Positions 52,101-64,000 of a stretch of 64,000 nt of DNA are shown one piece after another (within the stretch, counting starts at the first letter, position 1; every line of letters starts with the position of its first letter). Source of the stretch: Camelus dromedarius (Eukaryota); the NCBI RefSeq assembly GCF_036321535.1, contig NC_087437.1, positions 2,108,001 through 2,172,000 on the forward strand, given 5' to 3'. The position numbers and the translations under genes were made by a program. The notes under the pieces are model-generated. The model was given only the letters and a program-made list of their open reading frames with translations, did not search any database and was not told the origin of the DNA.

Positions 52101-55100
52101 AGAGAGACACACTAATCTCCTCCTCCTTTAGATAATACATAGACAAACTTAATACATTTTTCTCCTCCTCCATTAGATAGATGGAAAGTGAGATTGACCG
52201 ATACACCCAGTAGCCGCTACCTTCTCCTGTTAGAGATACCGAGAGATAGCCAGACACATGGGATTATTTCTTCTTCTCCATTTGATATAGATAGAGACAC
52301 ACTCACAGACACACAGACAGACAGACACACTACTCTTCTCCTGCTCTGACAGACAGAGAGATAGACACTCTAGCCTCCTCCTTCTTCTCGAATACATACA
52401 GCTGCATAGATAGATATCTCCTATATAGACAGACAGACTTACTAGCTTACTCCTCGTCCATTCGATGCACACATAGACTGTTAGACAGACACAGTAGCCT
52501 CTTCCCCTCTTTGTTACACATACTTTGATAAAGAGACCCGCACGCACACACACACACACATACACACAGGCTAGCATCCTCCTCTTCCTCAAGTAGGTAG
52601 ATAGGGAGATAGAAACACTAAATTCCTGCTCCGACAGACACACAAATAAAAAGACACACTTGCCTACTGCTGTGCCTGAACTACATAGGTCGATTTTTAC
52701 ACAGATTGATAGATACACAGATAGATAGAGAGATAGATAGGTAGAGAGGCAGGCAAATGGAGAGACATAATTTTCGCCTCCTCCTCCAGTAGATATATAG
52801 ACAGACACACACATAGTCTAGCCTCTCGCATCCTCCAATAGATAGACAATCAGCCAGGCAGTCAGACAGACTGACACACGTGAGGCGCTGTGCAGTTTGG
52901 GGTTGGGTTTCAGCGGCGTCCACCGTGGACAGTTGTGCCCCTGGCGAGTCATAGGATTTTATCCCATGTCCCTAGCTGCCTTGCCTGCGGGCGGCCCCCG
53001 CTCCCCCAAATTCGACGGACTGAAGCTTTCAAGTTAGCCTGCTCGTGGCAGCAGGCGTTGTAAGGAAAGTGGAAGAGGTGAGCGGCAGCTCCGGAAGCGG
53101 CAGAGCATCTAAGGGGGATGCCTCGGCGAATCGGTCATTTTCCTCCCATTTCCCCCTCTCCTGGCCTCGGGGCAGCCTCTGCTACCCCAGGAGTGCGGGA
53201 TTTCGTTGTCCTTGTCAGCCAGGTCCTAGGAAGCTGTCGAGGTGTGCTCAGGGAACAGGGATGTCGCTTCTAGAGGACTGCCTCGGGTGAGCCGATCAGT
53301 TTGCTCCCATCTCCACAAGCGCCTGGCCTGGGGGCGGCCTCTCCTTCCCCAGGTTCCCAGTATGCATGTTTCCAGCTCAGCCTGTGCCCTTAGGCAGGCG
53401 CGGTGTTCTTAGGGGCTGCATTGAGGAGGCGGGGCTGCTCCACCGAGCCCGTGTATTTGCACAGATCTCCCCGTTGACCGGTCCTAGGGTTGGTCTCTGC
53501 TACCCTAGGTACACGATGTACACATCTCGTTGTTTTCCGGCCCCCGGGAGGCAAGTGCGGGGTGGTCAGGGGGCGGGGGGGGGGGGTGGCGTTGGCGCCT
53601 ACACAGAGGGAGGAAGAGGGATGCACGGGCTGTCCAGGGAAGCCTGTGGATTTCCATCCAGTGTCCCCCTCGGCGTGCAATGATGGCACCCTCTGCTGCT
53701 TCAGGGTGACAATTGGCATCCCTCCAGCTGGGCCTAATAAAGGGAGGCTTCCTCCATTAGACAGACAGAGAGACATATAAAGAGACAGACAGACACACTA
53801 GCCTCTTCATCCATTGAGAAACAGCCGTATATCCTAACCTCCTCCTCCTCATTCATTATATAGGTAGGCAGATACATATATAGACAGACACACACACACA
53901 CATACACACACTAGCCTCTTCCTACTCCTCAATTATGTAGGTAGAGAGACACACTAATCTCCTCCTCCATTAGATAATACATAGACAAACTTAATACATT
54001 TTTCTCCTCCTCCATTAGATAGATGGAAAGTGAGATTGACCGATACACCCAGTAGCCGCTACCTTCTCCTGTTAGAGATACCGAGAGATAGCCAGACACA
54101 TGGGATTATTTCTTCTTCTCCATTTGATATAGATAGAGACACACTCACAGACACACAGACAGACAGACACACTACTCTTCTCCTGCTCTGACAGACAGAG
54201 AGATAGACACTCTAGCCTCCTCCTTCTTCTCGAATACATACAGCTGCATAGATAGATATCTCCTATATAGACAGACAGACTTACTAGCTTACTCCTCGTC
54301 CATTCGATGCACACATAGACTGTTAGACAGACACAGTAGCCTCTTCCCCTCTTTGTTACACATACTTTGATAAAGAGACCCGCACGCACACACACACACA
54401 CATACACACAGGCTAGCATCCTCCTCTTCCTCAAGTAGGTAGATAGGGAGATAGAAACACTAAATTCCTGCTCCGACAGACACACAAATAAAAAGACACA
54501 CTTGCCTACTGCTGTGCCTGAACTACATAGGTCGATTTTTACACAGATTGATAGATACACAGATAGATAGAGAGATAGATAGGTAGAGAGGCAGGCAAAT
54601 GGAGAGACATAATTTTCGCCTCCTCCTCCAGTAGATATATAGACAGACACACACATAGTCTAGCCTCTCGCATCCTCCAATAGATAGACAATCAGCCAGG
54701 CAGTCAGACAGACTGACACACGTGAGGCGCTGTGCAGTTTGGGGTTGGGTTTCAGCGGCGTCCACCGGGGACAGTTGTGCCCCTGGCGAGTCATAGGATT
54801 TTATCCCATGTCCCTAGCTGCCTTGCCTGCGGGCGGCCCCCGCTCCCCCAAATTCGACGAACTGAAGCTTTCAAGTTAGCCTGCTCGTGGCAGCAGGCGT
54901 TGTAAGGAAAGTGGAAGAGGTCAGCGGCAGCTCCGGAAGCGGCAGAGCATCTAAGGGGGATGCCTTGGCGAATCGGTCATTTTCCTCCCATTTCCCCCTC
55001 TCCTGGCCTCGGGGCAGCCTCTGCTACCGCAGGAGTGCGGGATTTCGTTGTCCTTCTCAGCCAGGTCCTAGGAAGCTGTCGAGGTGTGCTCAGGGAACAG

Positions 55101-56256
55101 GGATTTTACTTCTAGAGGACTGCCTCGGGTGAGCCGATCAGTTTGCTCCCATCTCCAAAAGCGCCTGGCCTGGGGGCGGCCTCTCCTTCCCCAGGTTCCC
55201 AGTATGCATGTTTCCAGCTCAGCCTGTGCCCTTAGGCAGGCGCGGTGTTCTTAGGGGCTGCATTGAGGAGGCGGGGCTGCTCCACCGAGCCCGTGTATTT
55301 GCACAGATCTCCCCGTTGACCGGTCCTAGGGTTGGTCTCTGCTACCCTAGTTACACGATGTACACATCTCGGTGTTTTCCGGCTCCCGGGAGGCAAGTGC
55401 GGGGTGGTCAGGGGGCGGGGTGGGGGGTTGGAGTGGCGGTGGCGCCTACACAGAGGGAAGAAGAGGGATGCACGGGCTGTCCAGGGAAGCCTGTGGATTT
55501 CCATCCAGTGTCCCCCTCGGCGTGCAATAAGGGCGCCCTCTGCTGCTTCAGGGTGGGATTTGGCAACCCTCCAGCTGGGCCTAATAAAGGGAGGCTTCCT
55601 CCATTAGAGAGAGAGACATAAAATAGACAGACAGACACACTAGCCTCTTCCTCCATTTAGAAACACCCATATGTCTTAACCTTCTCCTCCTAATCCATTA
55701 TATAGGTAGACAGATACATACATAGACAGACAGACAGACAGACACACACACACACACAAACCCAAACCCACACACAACCTTCCCTCCTACCAGTCCTCAA
55801 TTAAGTAGGTAGAGAGACACACTAATCGCCTTCTCCATTAGATAATAAACAGACAAACGGTATAGACTATTTCTACTCCTCATTTAGATAGATGGAATGT
55901 GAGACTGACGCATTCACACACTAGCCTCTACCTTCTCCTGTTAGAGAGACAGACAGATAGCCAGACTCATGAAATCCTCCATCTTCTCCATTAGATATAC
56001 ATAGAGAAATCTCTAAGATGCACAGTGAGACAAACACTAGTCTTCTCCTCCTCTGACAGGCCGAGGGATAGATAATCAAGCCTCCTCATTCTTTTCCATT
56101 AGGTATAGTTACATACATACATATCTGATAATAGACAGCCAGACAGACATACTAGCCTACTCTTCCTCCATCAGATACATACATAGACTGATAGACAGAT
56201 ACAGTAGGCTCCTCCCCCTTTAGATACAGATACATAGATAGACATCCCCACGAGCC

Positions 56257-56297
<41 letters not shown>

Positions 56298-56567
56298 GCC
56301 TTCTCCTCTTCCTCAAAGAGCTAGATAGTTATATAGACACACTAAAATTCTACTCCAACAGACAGAATTTTAAATGACACACTATCTTACTGCTATGCCT
56401 CCCCACATAGATAGATAGCTAGCCAGATCGATAGAGAGGCAGGCAAATAGAGAGTCATACTAGTCGCCTCCTCCTCCGTTGGAGAGACAGACAGACACAC
56501 ACATAGTCTAGCTTCAACCATCCTCCAATAGATAGTCATTCAGGCAAGCAGTCAAACAGACAGACAC
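49182..56567. repeat. HOR 9: 4-mer A-B'-B-C (7386 bp)
   Basis: A-to-A distance 56580-49194. Confidence 0.95.
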
Positions 56568-59500
56568 ACCAGAGGCGGGGTGCCGTCTGCCTACCTGGTT
56601 CGGCGGCGGGGCCCGGGGAAGAGGGTGCCCCTGGTGAACCAGAGGATTTTCTCCCATGTCCCTAGCTGCCTTGCCTCTGGGCGGCCTCCGCTAACCCAAG
56701 TTCGCCGGACGCAAGCCTTTGAAGTCAGCCTGCTCCTGGGAGCCGGCGAGGTAAGGACAGGGGAAGTGGTCAGCGGCAGACACGGAGGCGGCCCAGAACG
56801 CAAGAGGGATGCCTCGGCGAGTCGGTCATTTTCCTACCATCCCCCCTCTCCTGGCCTCGGGGCGGCCTCTGCTACCGCAGGTGTGCGGCAATTAATTCTC
56901 CTTGTCAGCCAGGTCCTGGGAGTCTGTCCAGGTGAGCCCAAGGGACACGGACGTCGCGGGGAGCGGACTGCCTCGGGTTAGCCGATCAGTTTGCTCCCAT
57001 CCCCACAAGCGCCTGGCCTGGGGGCGGCCTGTCCTGCGCCAGGTTCAGAGTATGCACGTTTCCAGCTCAGCCAGCCCACCCGAGGCCGGCGCGCTGTGAT
57101 CAGGGTCTGCAATGAGAAGTCGGGGCTGACTCACCGAGCCCGTGTATTTGTTCAGATCTCCCTCTTGGCTGGTCCTGGGCTAGGCCTCTACTACCCTAGG
57201 TCCACGAGGTGCTCATCTCTGTGTTTTTCAGCTCCGGGGAAGCGAGTGCGGGGTGGTCAGGGGGCGGGGAGGGGGCGGGGCGGGGGCGGGGCGGGGGCAG
57301 CTACAGAGAGGGCTGAAGCGGGATGCACGGGCTGCCCAGGCAAGCCTGCGGAATTCCATCCAGTGTCCCCCTCGGCCTGCAATGCGGGCGCCCTCTGCTG
57401 CTTCAGGGTGGCAATTGGCATCCCTCCAGGTGGGTCGAGTACTGGGAGGCTTCCTCCTTTAGACAGACAGAGAGACAAATAAAGAGACAGACAGACACAC
57501 TAGCCTCTTCATCCATTGAGAAACAGCCGTATATCCTAACCTCCTCCTCCTCATTCATTATATAGGTAGACAGATACATATATAGACAGACACACACACA
57601 CACATACACACACTAGCCTCTTCCTACTCCTCAATTAAGTAGGTAGAGAGACACACTAATCTCCTCCTCCTTTAGATAATACATAGACAAACTTAATACA
57701 TTTTTCTCCTCCTCCATTAGATAGATGGAAAGTGAGATTGACCGATACACCCAGTAGCCGCTACCTTCTCCTGTTAGAGATACCGAGAGATAGCCAGACA
57801 CATGGGATTATTTCTTCTTCTCCATTTGATATAGATAGAGACACACTCACAGACACACAGACAGACAGACACACTACTCTTCTCCTGCTCTGACAGACAG
57901 AGAGATAGACACTCTAGCCTCCTCCTTCTTCTCGAATACATACAGCTGCATAGATAGATATCTCCTATATAGACAGACAGACTTACTAGCTTACTCCTCG
58001 TCCATTCGATGCACACATAGACTGTTAGACAGACACAGTAGCCTCTTCCCCTCTTTGTTACACATACTTTGATAAAGAGACCCGCACGCACACACACACA
58101 CACATACACACAGGCTAGCATCCTCCTCTTCCTCAAGTAGGTAGATAGGGAGATAGAAACACTAAATTCCTGCTCCGACAGACACACAAATAAAAAGACA
58201 CACTTGCCTACTGCTGTGCCTGAACTACATAGGTCGATTTTTACACAGATTGATAGATACACAGATAGATAGAGAGATAGATAGGTAGAGAGGCAGGCAA
58301 ATGGAGAGACATAATTTTCGCCTCCTCCTCCAGTAGATATATAGACAGACACACACATAGTCTAGCCTCTCGCATCCTCCAATAGATAGACAATCAGCCA
58401 GGCAGTCAGACAGACTGACACACGTGAGGCGCTGTGCAGTTTGGGGTTGGGTTTCAGCGGCGTCCACCGTGGACAGTTGTGCCCCTGGCGAGTCATAGGA
58501 TTTTATCCCATGTCCCTAGCTGCCTTGCCTGCGGGCGGCCCCCGCTCCCCCAAATTCGACGGACTGAAGCTTTCAAGTTAGCCTGCTCGTGGCAGCAGGC
58601 GTTGTAAGGAAAGTGGAAGAGGTGAGCGGCAGCTCCGGAAGCGGCAGAGCATCTAAGGGGGATGCCTCGGCGAATCGGTCATTTTCCTCCCATTTCCCCC
58701 TCTCCTGGCCTCGGGGCAGCCTCTGCTACCCCAGGAGTGCGGGATTTCGTTGTCCTTGTCAGCCAGGTCCTAGGAAGCTGTCGAGGTGTGCTCAGGGAAC
58801 AGGGATGTCGCTTCTAGAGGACTGCCTCGGGTGAGCCGATCAGTTTGCTCCCATCTCCACAAGCGCCTGGCCTGGGGGCGGCCTCTCCTTCCCCAGGTTC
58901 CCAGTATGCATGTTTCCAGCTCAGCCTGTGCCCTTAGGCAGGCGCGGTGTTCTTAGGGGCTGCATTGAGGAGGCGGGGCTGCTCCACCGAGCCCGTGTAT
59001 TTGCACAGATCTCCCCGTTGACCGGTCCTAGGGTTGGTCTCTGCTACCCTAGGTACACGATGTACACATCTCGTTGTTTTCCGGCCCCCGGGAGGCAAGT
59101 GCGGGGTGGTCAGGGGGCGGGGGGGGGGGGTGGCGTTGGCGCCTACACAGAGGGAGGAAGAGGGATGCACGGGCTGTCCAGGGAAGCCTGTGGATTTCCA
59201 TCCAGTGTCCCCCTCGGCGTGCAATGATGGCACCCTCTGCTGCTTCAGGGTGACAATTGGCATCCCTCCAGCTGGGCCTAATAAAGGGAGGCTTCCTCCA
59301 TTAGACAGACAGAGAGACATATAAAGAGACAGACAGACACACTAGCCTCTTCATCCATTGAGAAACAGCCGTATATCCTAACCTCCTCCTCCTCATTCAT
59401 TATATAGGTAGGCAGATACATATATAGACAGACACACACACACACATACACACACTAGCCTCTTCCTACTCCTCAATTATGTAGGTAGAGAGACACACTA

Positions 59501-61800
59501 ATCTCCTCCTCCATTAGATAATACATAGACAAACTTAATACATTTTTCTCCTCCTCCATTAGATAGATGGAAAGTGAGATTGACCGATACACCCAGTAGC
59601 CGCTACCTTCTCCTGTTAGAGATACCGAGAGATAGCCAGACACATGGGATTATTTCTTCTTCTCCATTTGATATAGATAGAGACACACTCACAGACACAC
59701 AGACAGACAGACACACTACTCTTCTCCTGCTCTGACAGACAGAGAGATAGACACTCTAGCCTCCTCCTTCTTCTCGAATACATACAGCTGCATAGATAGA
59801 TATCTCCTATATAGACAGACAGACTTACTAGCTTACTCCTCGTCCATTCGATGCACACATAGACTGTTAGACAGACACAGTAGCCTCTTCCCCTCTTTGT
59901 TACACATACTTTGATAAAGAGACCCGCACGCACACACACACACACATACACACAGGCTAGCATCCTCCTCTTCCTCAAGTAGGTAGATAGGGAGATAGAA
60001 ACACTAAATTCCTGCTCCGACAGACACACAAATAAAAAGACACACTTGCCTACTGCTGTGCCTGAACTACATAGGTCGATTTTTACACAGATTGATAGAT
60101 ACACAGATAGATAGAGAGATAGATAGGTAGAGAGGCAGGCAAATGGAGAGACATAATTTTCGCCTCCTCCTCCAGTAGATATATAGACAGACACACACAT
60201 AGTCTAGCCTCTCGCATCCTCCAATAGATAGACAATCAGCCAGGCAGTCAGACAGACTGACACACGTGAGGCGCTGTGCAGTTTGGGGTTGGGTTTCAGC
60301 GGCGTCCACCGGGGACAGTTGTGCCCCTGGCGAGTCATAGGATTTTATCCCATGTCCCTAGCTGCCTTGCCTGCGGGCGGCCCCCGCTCCCCCAAATTCG
60401 ACGAACTGAAGCTTTCAAGTTAGCCTGCTCGTGGCAGCAGGCGTTGTAAGGAAAGTGGAAGAGGTCAGCGGCAGCTCCGGAAGCGGCAGAGCATCTAAGG
60501 GGGATGCCTTGGCGAATCGGTCATTTTCCTCCCATTTCCCCCTCTCCTGGCCTCGGGGCAGCCTCTGCTACCGCAGGAGTGCGGGATTTCGTTGTCCTTC
60601 TCAGCCAGGTCCTAGGAAGCTGTCGAGGTGTGCTCAGGGAACAGGGATTTTACTTCTAGAGGACTGCCTCGGGTGAGCCGATCAGTTTGCTCCCATCTCC
60701 AAAAGCGCCTGGCCTGGGGGCGGCCTCTCCTTCCCCAGGTTCCCAGTATGCATGTTTCCAGCTCAGCCTGTGCCCTTAGGCAGGCGCGGTGTTCTTAGGG
60801 GCTGCATTGAGGAGGCGGGGCTGCTCCACCGAGCCCGTGTATTTGCACAGATCTCCCCGTTGACCGGTCCTAGGGTTGGTCTCTGCTACCCTAGTTACAC
60901 GATGTACACATCTCGGTGTTTTCCGGCTCCCGGGAGGCAAGTGCGGGGTGGTCAGGGGGCGGGGTGGGGGGTTGGAGTGGCGGTGGCGCCTACACAGAGG
61001 GAAGAAGAGGGATGCACGGGCTGTCCAGGGAAGCCTGTGGATTTCCATCCAGTGTCCCCCTCGGCGTGCAATAAGGGCGCCCTCTGCTGCTTCAGGGTGG
61101 GATTTGGCAACCCTCCAGCTGGGCCTAATAAAGGGAGGCTTCCTCCATTAGAGAGAGAGACATAAAATAGACAGACAGACACACTAGCCTCTTCCTCCAT
61201 TTAGAAACACCCATATGTCTTAACCTTCTCCTCCTAATCCATTATATAGGTAGACAGATACATACATAGACAGACAGACAGACAGACACACACACACACA
61301 CAAACCCAAACCCACACACAACCTTCCCTCCTACCAGTCCTCAATTAAGTAGGTAGAGAGACACACTAATCGCCTTCTCCATTAGATAATAAACAGACAA
61401 ACGGTATAGACTATTTCTACTCCTCATTTAGATAGATGGAATGTGAGACTGACGCATTCACACACTAGCCTCTACCTTCTCCTGTTAGAGAGACAGACAG
61501 ATAGCCAGACTCATGAAATCCTCCATCTTCTCCATTAGATATACATAGAGAAATCTCTAAGATGCACAGTGAGACAAACACTAGTCTTCTCCTCCTCTGA
61601 CAGGCCGAGGGATAGATAATCAAGCCTCCTCATTCTTTTCCATTAGGTATAGTTACATACATACATATCTGATAATAGACAGCCAGACAGACATACTAGC
61701 CTACTCTTCCTCCATCAGATACATACATAGACTGATAGACAGATACAGTAGGCTCCTCCCCCTTTAGATACAGATACATAGATAGACATCCCCACGAGCC

Positions 61801-61841
<41 letters not shown>

Positions 61842-62111
61842 GCCTTCTCCTCTTCCTCAAAGAGCTAGATAGTTATATAGACACACTAAAATTCTACTCC
61901 AACAGACAGAATTTTAAATGACACACTATCTTACTGCTATGCCTCCCCACATAGATAGATAGCTAGCCAGATCGATAGAGAGGCAGGCAAATAGAGAGTC
62001 ATACTAGTCGCCTCCTCCTCCGTTGGAGAGACGGACAGACACACACATAGTCTAGCTTCAACCATCCTCCAATAGATAGTCATTCAGGCAAGCAGTCAAA
62101 CAGACAGACAC
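56568..62111. repeat. HOR 10: 3-mer A-B-C (5544 bp)
   Basis: A-to-A distance 62124-56580. Confidence 0.95.
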
Positions 62112-64000
62112 ACCAGAGGCGGGGTGCCGTCTGCCTACCTGGTTCGGCGGCGGGGCCCGGGGAAGAGGGTGCCCCTGGTGAACCAGAGGATTTTCTCCCA
62201 TGTCCCTAGCTGCCTTGCCTCTGGGCGGCCTCCGCTAACCCAAGTTCGCCGGACGCAAGCCTTTGAAGTCAGCCTGCTCCTGGGAGCCGGCGAGGTAAGG
62301 ACAGGGGAAGTGGTCAGCGGCAGACACGGAGGCGGCCCAGAACGCAAGAGGGATGCCTCGGCGAGTCGGTCATTTTCCTACCATCCCCCCTCTCCTGGCC
62401 TCGGGGCGGCCTCTGCTACCGCAGGTGTGCGGCAATTAATTCTCCTTGTCAGCCAGGTCCTGGGAGTCTGTCCAGGTGAGCCCAAGGGACACGGACGTCG
62501 CGGGGAGCGGACTGCCTCGGGTTAGCCGATCAGTTTGCTCCCATCCCCACAAGCGCCTGGCCTGGGGGCGGCCTGTCCTGCGCCAGGTTCAGAGTATGCA
62601 CGTTTCCAGCTCAGCCAGCCCACCCGAGGCCGGCGCGCTGTGATCAGGGTCTGCAATGAGAAGTCGGGGCTGACTCACCGAGCCCGTGTATTTGTTCAGA
62701 TCTCCCTCTTGGCTGGTCCTGGGCTAGGCCTCTACTACCCTAGGTCCACGAGGTGCTCATCTCTGTGTTTTTCAGCTCCGGGGAAGCGAGTGCGGGGTGG
62801 TCAGGGGGCGGGGAGGGGGCGGGGCGGGGGCGGGGCGGGGGCAGCTACAGAGAGGGCTGAAGCGGGATGCACGGGCTGCCCAGGCAAGCCTGCGGAATTC
62901 CATCCAGTGTCCCCCTCGGCCTGCAATGCGGGCGCCCTCTGCTGCTTCAGGGTGGCAATTGGCATCCCTCCAGGTGGGTCGAGTACTGGGAGGCTTCCTC
63001 CTTTAGACAGACAGAGAGACAAATAAAGAGACAGACAGACACACTAGCCTCTTCATCCATTGAGAAACAGCCGTATATCCTAACCTCCTCCTCCTCATTC
63101 ATTATATAGGTAGACAGATACATATATAGACAGACACACACACACACATACACACACTAGCCTCTTCCTACTCCTCAATTAAGTAGGTAGAGAGACACAC
63201 TAATCTCCTCCTCCTTTAGATAATACATAGACAAACTTAATACATTTTTCTCCTCCTCCATTAGATAGATGGAAAGTGAGATTGACCGATACACCCAGTA
63301 GCCGCTACCTTCTCCTGTTAGAGATACCGAGAGATAGCCAGACACATGGGATTATTTCTTCTTCTCCATTTGATATAGATAGAGACACACTCACAGACAC
63401 ACAGACAGACAGACACACTACTCTTCTCCTGCTCTGACAGACAGAGAGATAGACACTCTAGCCTCCTCCTTCTTCTCGAATACATACAGCTGCATAGATA
63501 GATATCTCCTATATAGACAGACAGACTTACTAGCTTACTCCTCGTCCATTCGATGCACACATAGACTGTTAGACAGACACAGTAGCCTCTTCCCCTCTTT
63601 GTTACACATACTTTGATAAAGAGACCCGCACGCACACACACACACACATACACACAGGCTAGCATCCTCCTCTTCCTCAAGTAGGTAGATAGGGAGATAG
63701 AAACACTAAATTCCTGCTCCGACAGACACACAAATAAAAAGACACACTTGCCTACTGCTGTGCCTGAACTACATAGGTCGATTTTTACACAGATTGATAG
63801 ATACACAGATAGATAGAGAGATAGATAGGTAGAGAGGCAGGCAAATGGAGAGACATAATTTTCGCCTCCTCCTCCAGTAGATATATAGACAGACACACAC
63901 ATAGTCTAGCCTCTCGCATCCTCCAATAGATAGACAATCAGCCAGGCAGTCAGACAGACTGACACACGTGAGGCGCTGTGCAGTTTGGGGTTGGGTTTCA
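62112..64000. repeat. HOR 11 (truncated by window end): A block, beta spacer, start of next GC block
   Basis: A marker at 62124; window ends in CACGTGAGGCGCTGTGCAGTTTGGGGTTGGGTTTCA, the start of a B/C block. Confidence 0.95.

Larger units (their letters stand above)
1..64000. repeat. Tandem macrosatellite array, ~1.84-1.86-kb monomer, organised as variable higher-order repeats (HORs)
   Basis: The same GC block plus low-complexity block recurs head-to-tail with no unique sequence. Landmarks such as GCCGATCAGTTTGCTCCCATC and CAGATCTCCC (BglII) recur once per monomer. B/C marker ORFs are spaced ~1839-1843 bp (e.g. 21664, 23505, 25346). Confidence 0.99.

Noticed and set aside
1147..63902. Recurrent 60-194-aa ORFs as a tandem protein-coding gene family
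   Set aside because: They overlap in many frames on both strands and many start at GTG/TTG. They translate microsatellites (CVCVCV, LSLS) or GC-rich Gly/Pro/Arg sequence, shift frame with poly-G length, are not conserved between A and B/C, and show no recognisable domain (no homeodomain, USP or zinc finger).
1..64000. Tandem LTR/SINE/LINE or DNA-transposon origin
   Set aside because: No terminal repeats, target-site duplications, poly(A) tails, Pol III boxes or RT/transposase coding were visible. A highly decayed origin cannot be excluded without a Dfam search.

Overview
The whole 64-kb window is one head-to-tail macrosatellite, eukaryotic and probably vertebrate. I cannot assign it to a named family from sequence alone, and I see no credible genes. 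The monomer is ~1.84-1.86 kb (34 complete GC blocks plus partial copies at both ends). Each monomer has a ~0.9-kb GC/CpG-rich block built from five ancient ~160-200-bp subunits, and a ~0.95-kb low-complexity block built from a degenerate ~40-bp CACACTAGCCTCTTCCTCCATTAGATAGACAG-like unit with CA/GACA/GATA microsatellites. There are three monomer classes: A (11 copies), B (13, four of them B/A chimeras called B') and C (10). They form variable higher-order repeats with a strict grammar A-(B)n-C, n = 1,1,0,0,2,1,1,4,2,1. The order is (C) ABC ABC AC AC AB'BC ABC ABC AB'BB'BC AB'BC ABC A. Every monomer carries a G-quadruplex-type G tract followed by a co-oriented CTCF-like motif, GCAGCAGAGGGCGC on the minus strand. 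The motif is intact in all A and C monomers and altered by a CpG>CpA change in all B monomers. Diagnostic SNPs locate several unequal-crossover breakpoints, a left/right haplotype switch near 20-21 kb, and a partly supported 29.5-kb super-period. The ORF track is treated as spurious and used only as a positional marker.
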